Shown here: piece by piece, positions 61,405 to 64,000 of the stretch
Numbering within the stretch: position 1 is the first letter of the stretch
Layout of the letters: each line of letters starts with the position of its first letter
Assembly (NCBI GenBank): GCA_965203515.1
Contig: OZ241907.1
Coordinates: 1,760,001-1,824,000, forward strand
Reading direction: 5' to 3'
Origin: Spirochaetia bacterium
GTDB taxonomy: Bacteria > Spirochaetota > Spirochaetia > SZUA-6 > Bin103
DNA: 64,000 nt
Notes under the pieces: generated by a model
Seen by the model: only the letters and a program-made list of their open reading frames with translations
Database searches by the model: none
What the model was told of the DNA's origin: nothing
Position numbers and translations under genes: made by a program

Positions 61405-63114
61405 ATGGCAGAGATGGTGAGACGGCGCGGCCGGCGGTCGATCCGGTCCCTCGCCCTGGCGTGTCTGGGCGCCGCGGCCCTGGCGGCGGGGGCCGAGGTG
61501 CGGTTGGCCACCTGCGCCGGCGATCCGCGCCTGTGCCCGGAGGCGACCGGCCTGATCCACGCCCACGCGCCGGCGATCGACAGCTTCTTCACCTTCTCCG
61601 GCGGGGCTTCGGTCGGAGACTTCAACCGCGACGGCCGGCAGGATCTGTTCCTGGTGACCGGCGGCGAGGGACCGGACCGGCTCTACCTGAATCAGGGCGG
61701 CGGCGCCTTTCGGGAGGTCGCCGAGCGGGCCGGCGTGGCGGCGGTCCACCGGGGACACGGCTCGGTGGTGGGCGACGTCGACAAGGACGGCTGGCTCGAC
61801 CTGTTCGTCACCAGCCTGGGGCCGATGGCCGACGAGTGGAGCATGCCCGGCCACCACCTGCTGTGGATCAATCAGGGCGGCCGGCCGGGCGGGCTGCTGC
61901 CCGACGGCACCCCCACCTTCCGCAACGTCGCGCGCCAAGCGCGCGTCGGCACCACCTCCCCCGAGCAGCCGTCCGGCATGGGGGCCGCACTGGGCGATTA
62001 CGACCGCGACGGCGACCTCGACCTGGTCGTCGTCGCCTGGGTCGAGTGGGCGGGGGGCAGCATGCTCCTCCGCAACGAAGGGATCGACCAGCGGACCGGC
62101 GCGCCGCGGTTCTCCAACGCCACCGCCCGCGCGCGCCTGTTCGGCGCGGGGATGCACGGCCTTACCCCGCACGTCGTCGACGTCGACGGCGACCGCTGGC
62201 CGGAAGTGCTGGTGGCGGCCGACTACCGCACCAGCCGTCTCTATCGCAACAACGGCGACGGCACCTTCGCCGACGTGACGCACGCCGCGCGGGTCGGGTT
62301 GGACGGCAACGGCATGGGCAGCGTGCTGGCCGACGTCGACAATGACGGACTGCTCGACTGGTACGTCACCTCGGTCTGGACCACCTCGCCGATCGAGGAC
62401 GTGACGGGAACCGGCAACTACCTCTACCGGAACCTGGGCGACGGCCTGTTCGACCCCGGCCCGCGCACGCGCGGACCGGTCGCCCGGGGCGGCTGGGGCT
62501 GGGGCGTGGTGGCGGTCGACCTCGATCACGACGGCCTGGTCGATCTGGTCACCACCAACGGCTGGCGGGAAGAGAACGGCAGCGGCCACCGGGAGTGGCT
62601 GCAGGACGCCACGCGCGTCTTCCACAACCGCGGCGCCGGCCGGTTCCGGGACGTCGCCGCCGATGCCGGGCTCGACCATCGCGCCGAAGGGCGCGGCATG
62701 GTGCGCTTCGACTACGACGACGACGGCGACCAGGATATTCTGATCGTCAACAGCAGAGCGGTGCCCACCCTGATCGCCAACACCGGCGGCTCCGCCGCCG
62801 GCAACTGGCTGCGCGTAGAACTGCGGCCCGCGCTCGACCTGCCGGTGCCGGCCGACGGCGTCGGCGCGGTGGTGCGCGTGCGCGCCGGCGGCGCCACGCA
62901 GACGCGCCATATCGAGACCGGCGGCGGCTATCTCGGTTCCTCGGAGCTGACCGCGCACTTCGGACTCGGCGCCGCCGCGGCGGTCGACGAGCTGCGGGTC
63001 GAGTGGCCGGACGGCTGCGACACCATCGCGCGCGGGGTGGCGGTCAACCGCCGCCTGCGGCTGGTGCGGCCGGCCGGCTGCGCGATGGAGGTGGTGGTGC
63101 TGGAACCGCTCTGA
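61405..63114 (+). CDS. CRTAC1/ASPIC-UnbV family secreted FG-GAP repeat protein
   Basis: Signal peptide; DxDxDGxxD repeats; 'GGGYLGSS...HFGLG...VEWPDG'. Confidence 0.9.
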   Translation: MAEMVRRRGRRSIRSLALACLGAAALAAGAEVRLATCAGDPRLCPEATGLIHAHAPAIDSFFTFSGGASVGDFNRDGRQDLFLVTGGEGPDRLYLNQGGGAFREVAERAGVAAVHRGHGSVVGDVDKDGWLDLFVTSLGPMADEWSMPGHHLLWINQGGRPGGLLPDGTPTFRNVARQARVGTTSPEQPSGMGAALGDYDRDGDLDLVVVAWVEWAGGSMLLRNEGIDQRTGAPRFSNATARARLFGAGMHGLTPHVVDVDGDRWPEVLVAADYRTSRLYRNNGDGTFADVTHAARVGLDGNGMGSVLADVDNDGLLDWYVTSVWTTSPIEDVTGTGNYLYRNLGDGLFDPGPRTRGPVARGGWGWGVVAVDLDHDGLVDLVTTNGWREENGSGHREWLQDATRVFHNRGAGRFRDVAADAGLDHRAEGRGMVRFDYDDDGDQDILIVNSRAVPTLIANTGGSAAGNWLRVELRPALDLPVPADGVGAVVRVRAGGATQTRHIETGGGYLGSSELTAHFGLGAAAAVDELRVEWPDGCDTIARGVAVNRRLRLVRPAGCAMEVVVLEPL

Positions 63115-63129
63115 CCGGCGAGGAGGCGC

Positions 63130-64000
63130 ATGATGCAGGAGGCGAGGATGGAGGAACTGACGATGGGCGAGGAGATCGACGCGCGTCAGGCGCAGCTCTT
63201 CCTGGACGATGCGGTCATCGAGCAGACGGTACGCGTGCAGCGCGTCATCCATCAGCCGTTTCGCTACTGGGGCAATCCGGTGTACGCGCCGGAGGCACCA
63301 TGGGAAGGCGCCGGCGTCGTCTACCTGGCCGGCGTCTACGTCGACCCGGCCGACGGCGTGTGGAAGCTCTGGTACGCCACGCTCAATCCGCCCGCCTATC
63401 CCGGATCACCTACGCGGTCTGCATGCTCACCTCCACCGACGGATTCCATTGGGAGCGGCCCGAGCTCGACGTGGTGCGCTCGCACGACGGCGGCTGGACC
63501 AACGTCGTCCTCGACCTGGGCGCGGTGGGCGGCACCGGTTCCGCCACGATCCTGCATGAACCGGAGCGCGGCGGCGAGCCGTGGACGATGGTGATCAGCT
63601 CCTGCGAGGCCGGCTCCTGGCAGTACCGGGGCTACCTCCTGCGCTCCGCCGACGGCGTGCATTGGCGTTGGGAGCGCCCCATGCCGAACGGGGTCGCCCA
63701 CGGCATGCACGACCGCTGCACGGCGATGCGCGGCCCCGACCCCGAGTTCCCGTACGTGCTGCTCAGCCGCGGTACCGAGGATTCCAGGCGCTGGGGGCTG
63801 GTGCGCAGCGCGCACCGGGTGGCGATCAACGCCGGCGCCGCCGACGGACCGCCGCGCCGCGTGTTGACCCCGGACCTGGAGGACGACCCGGCCGGGCAGA
63901 TCTACCACGCCTACGGCTTCCGCTACGAGAGCACCTGGGTGGGGCTGTTCCAGTGGTACTGGGAGCACGACCGGCCGTGGGCGGAGATGGAGCTGCTGAC
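63130..64000 (+). CDS. Beta-propeller hydrolase-like protein, frameshift near 63402, runs off the window end
   Basis: 'QLFLDD', 'APWEG', 'WKLWY', then continues in a shifted frame as 'ITYAVCMLTSTDGFHWERP'. Confidence 0.6.

Overview
High-GC bacterial window with no rRNA, tRNA or CRISPR array seen. Gene content resembles a host-associated heterotroph, possibly a sponge-symbiont type (inference only). (1) 3.4-16.3 kb: a Type I restriction-modification locus (hsdM, hsdS, hsdR on the minus strand) stuffed with extra genes. These are an Rpn nuclease with an internal start, a nested Type II-like MTase/REase pair, an orphan YefM, a HEPN RNase whose MNT antitoxin is fused in-frame to the N-terminus of HsdS, a DUF4365 nuclease plus unknown partner, and an ABC/AAA ATPase. 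(2) 17.4-23.9 kb: a rearranged accessory patch with PIN and MNT-HEPN toxin-antitoxin genes, a repeat lipoprotein interrupted at a G12 tract just after its signal peptide, an HNH gene bounded by 11-bp direct repeats, and a ~290-bp degenerate duplication. (3) The rest is mostly catabolic: five PhyH-like Fe/2OG dioxygenases, two sulfatases, beta-propeller hydrolases, a sugar ABC transporter, oxidoreductases and two ASPIC/UnbV proteins, interspersed with ATPase/nuclease and TA modules. The best candidate for an undescribed system is the HEPN toxin plus MNT-HsdS fusion embedded in a Type I R-M operon. Four single-base frameshifts occur in the window, so sequencing or assembly error must be excluded for any frameshift-based claim. 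All family assignments come from motif recognition, not database searches.
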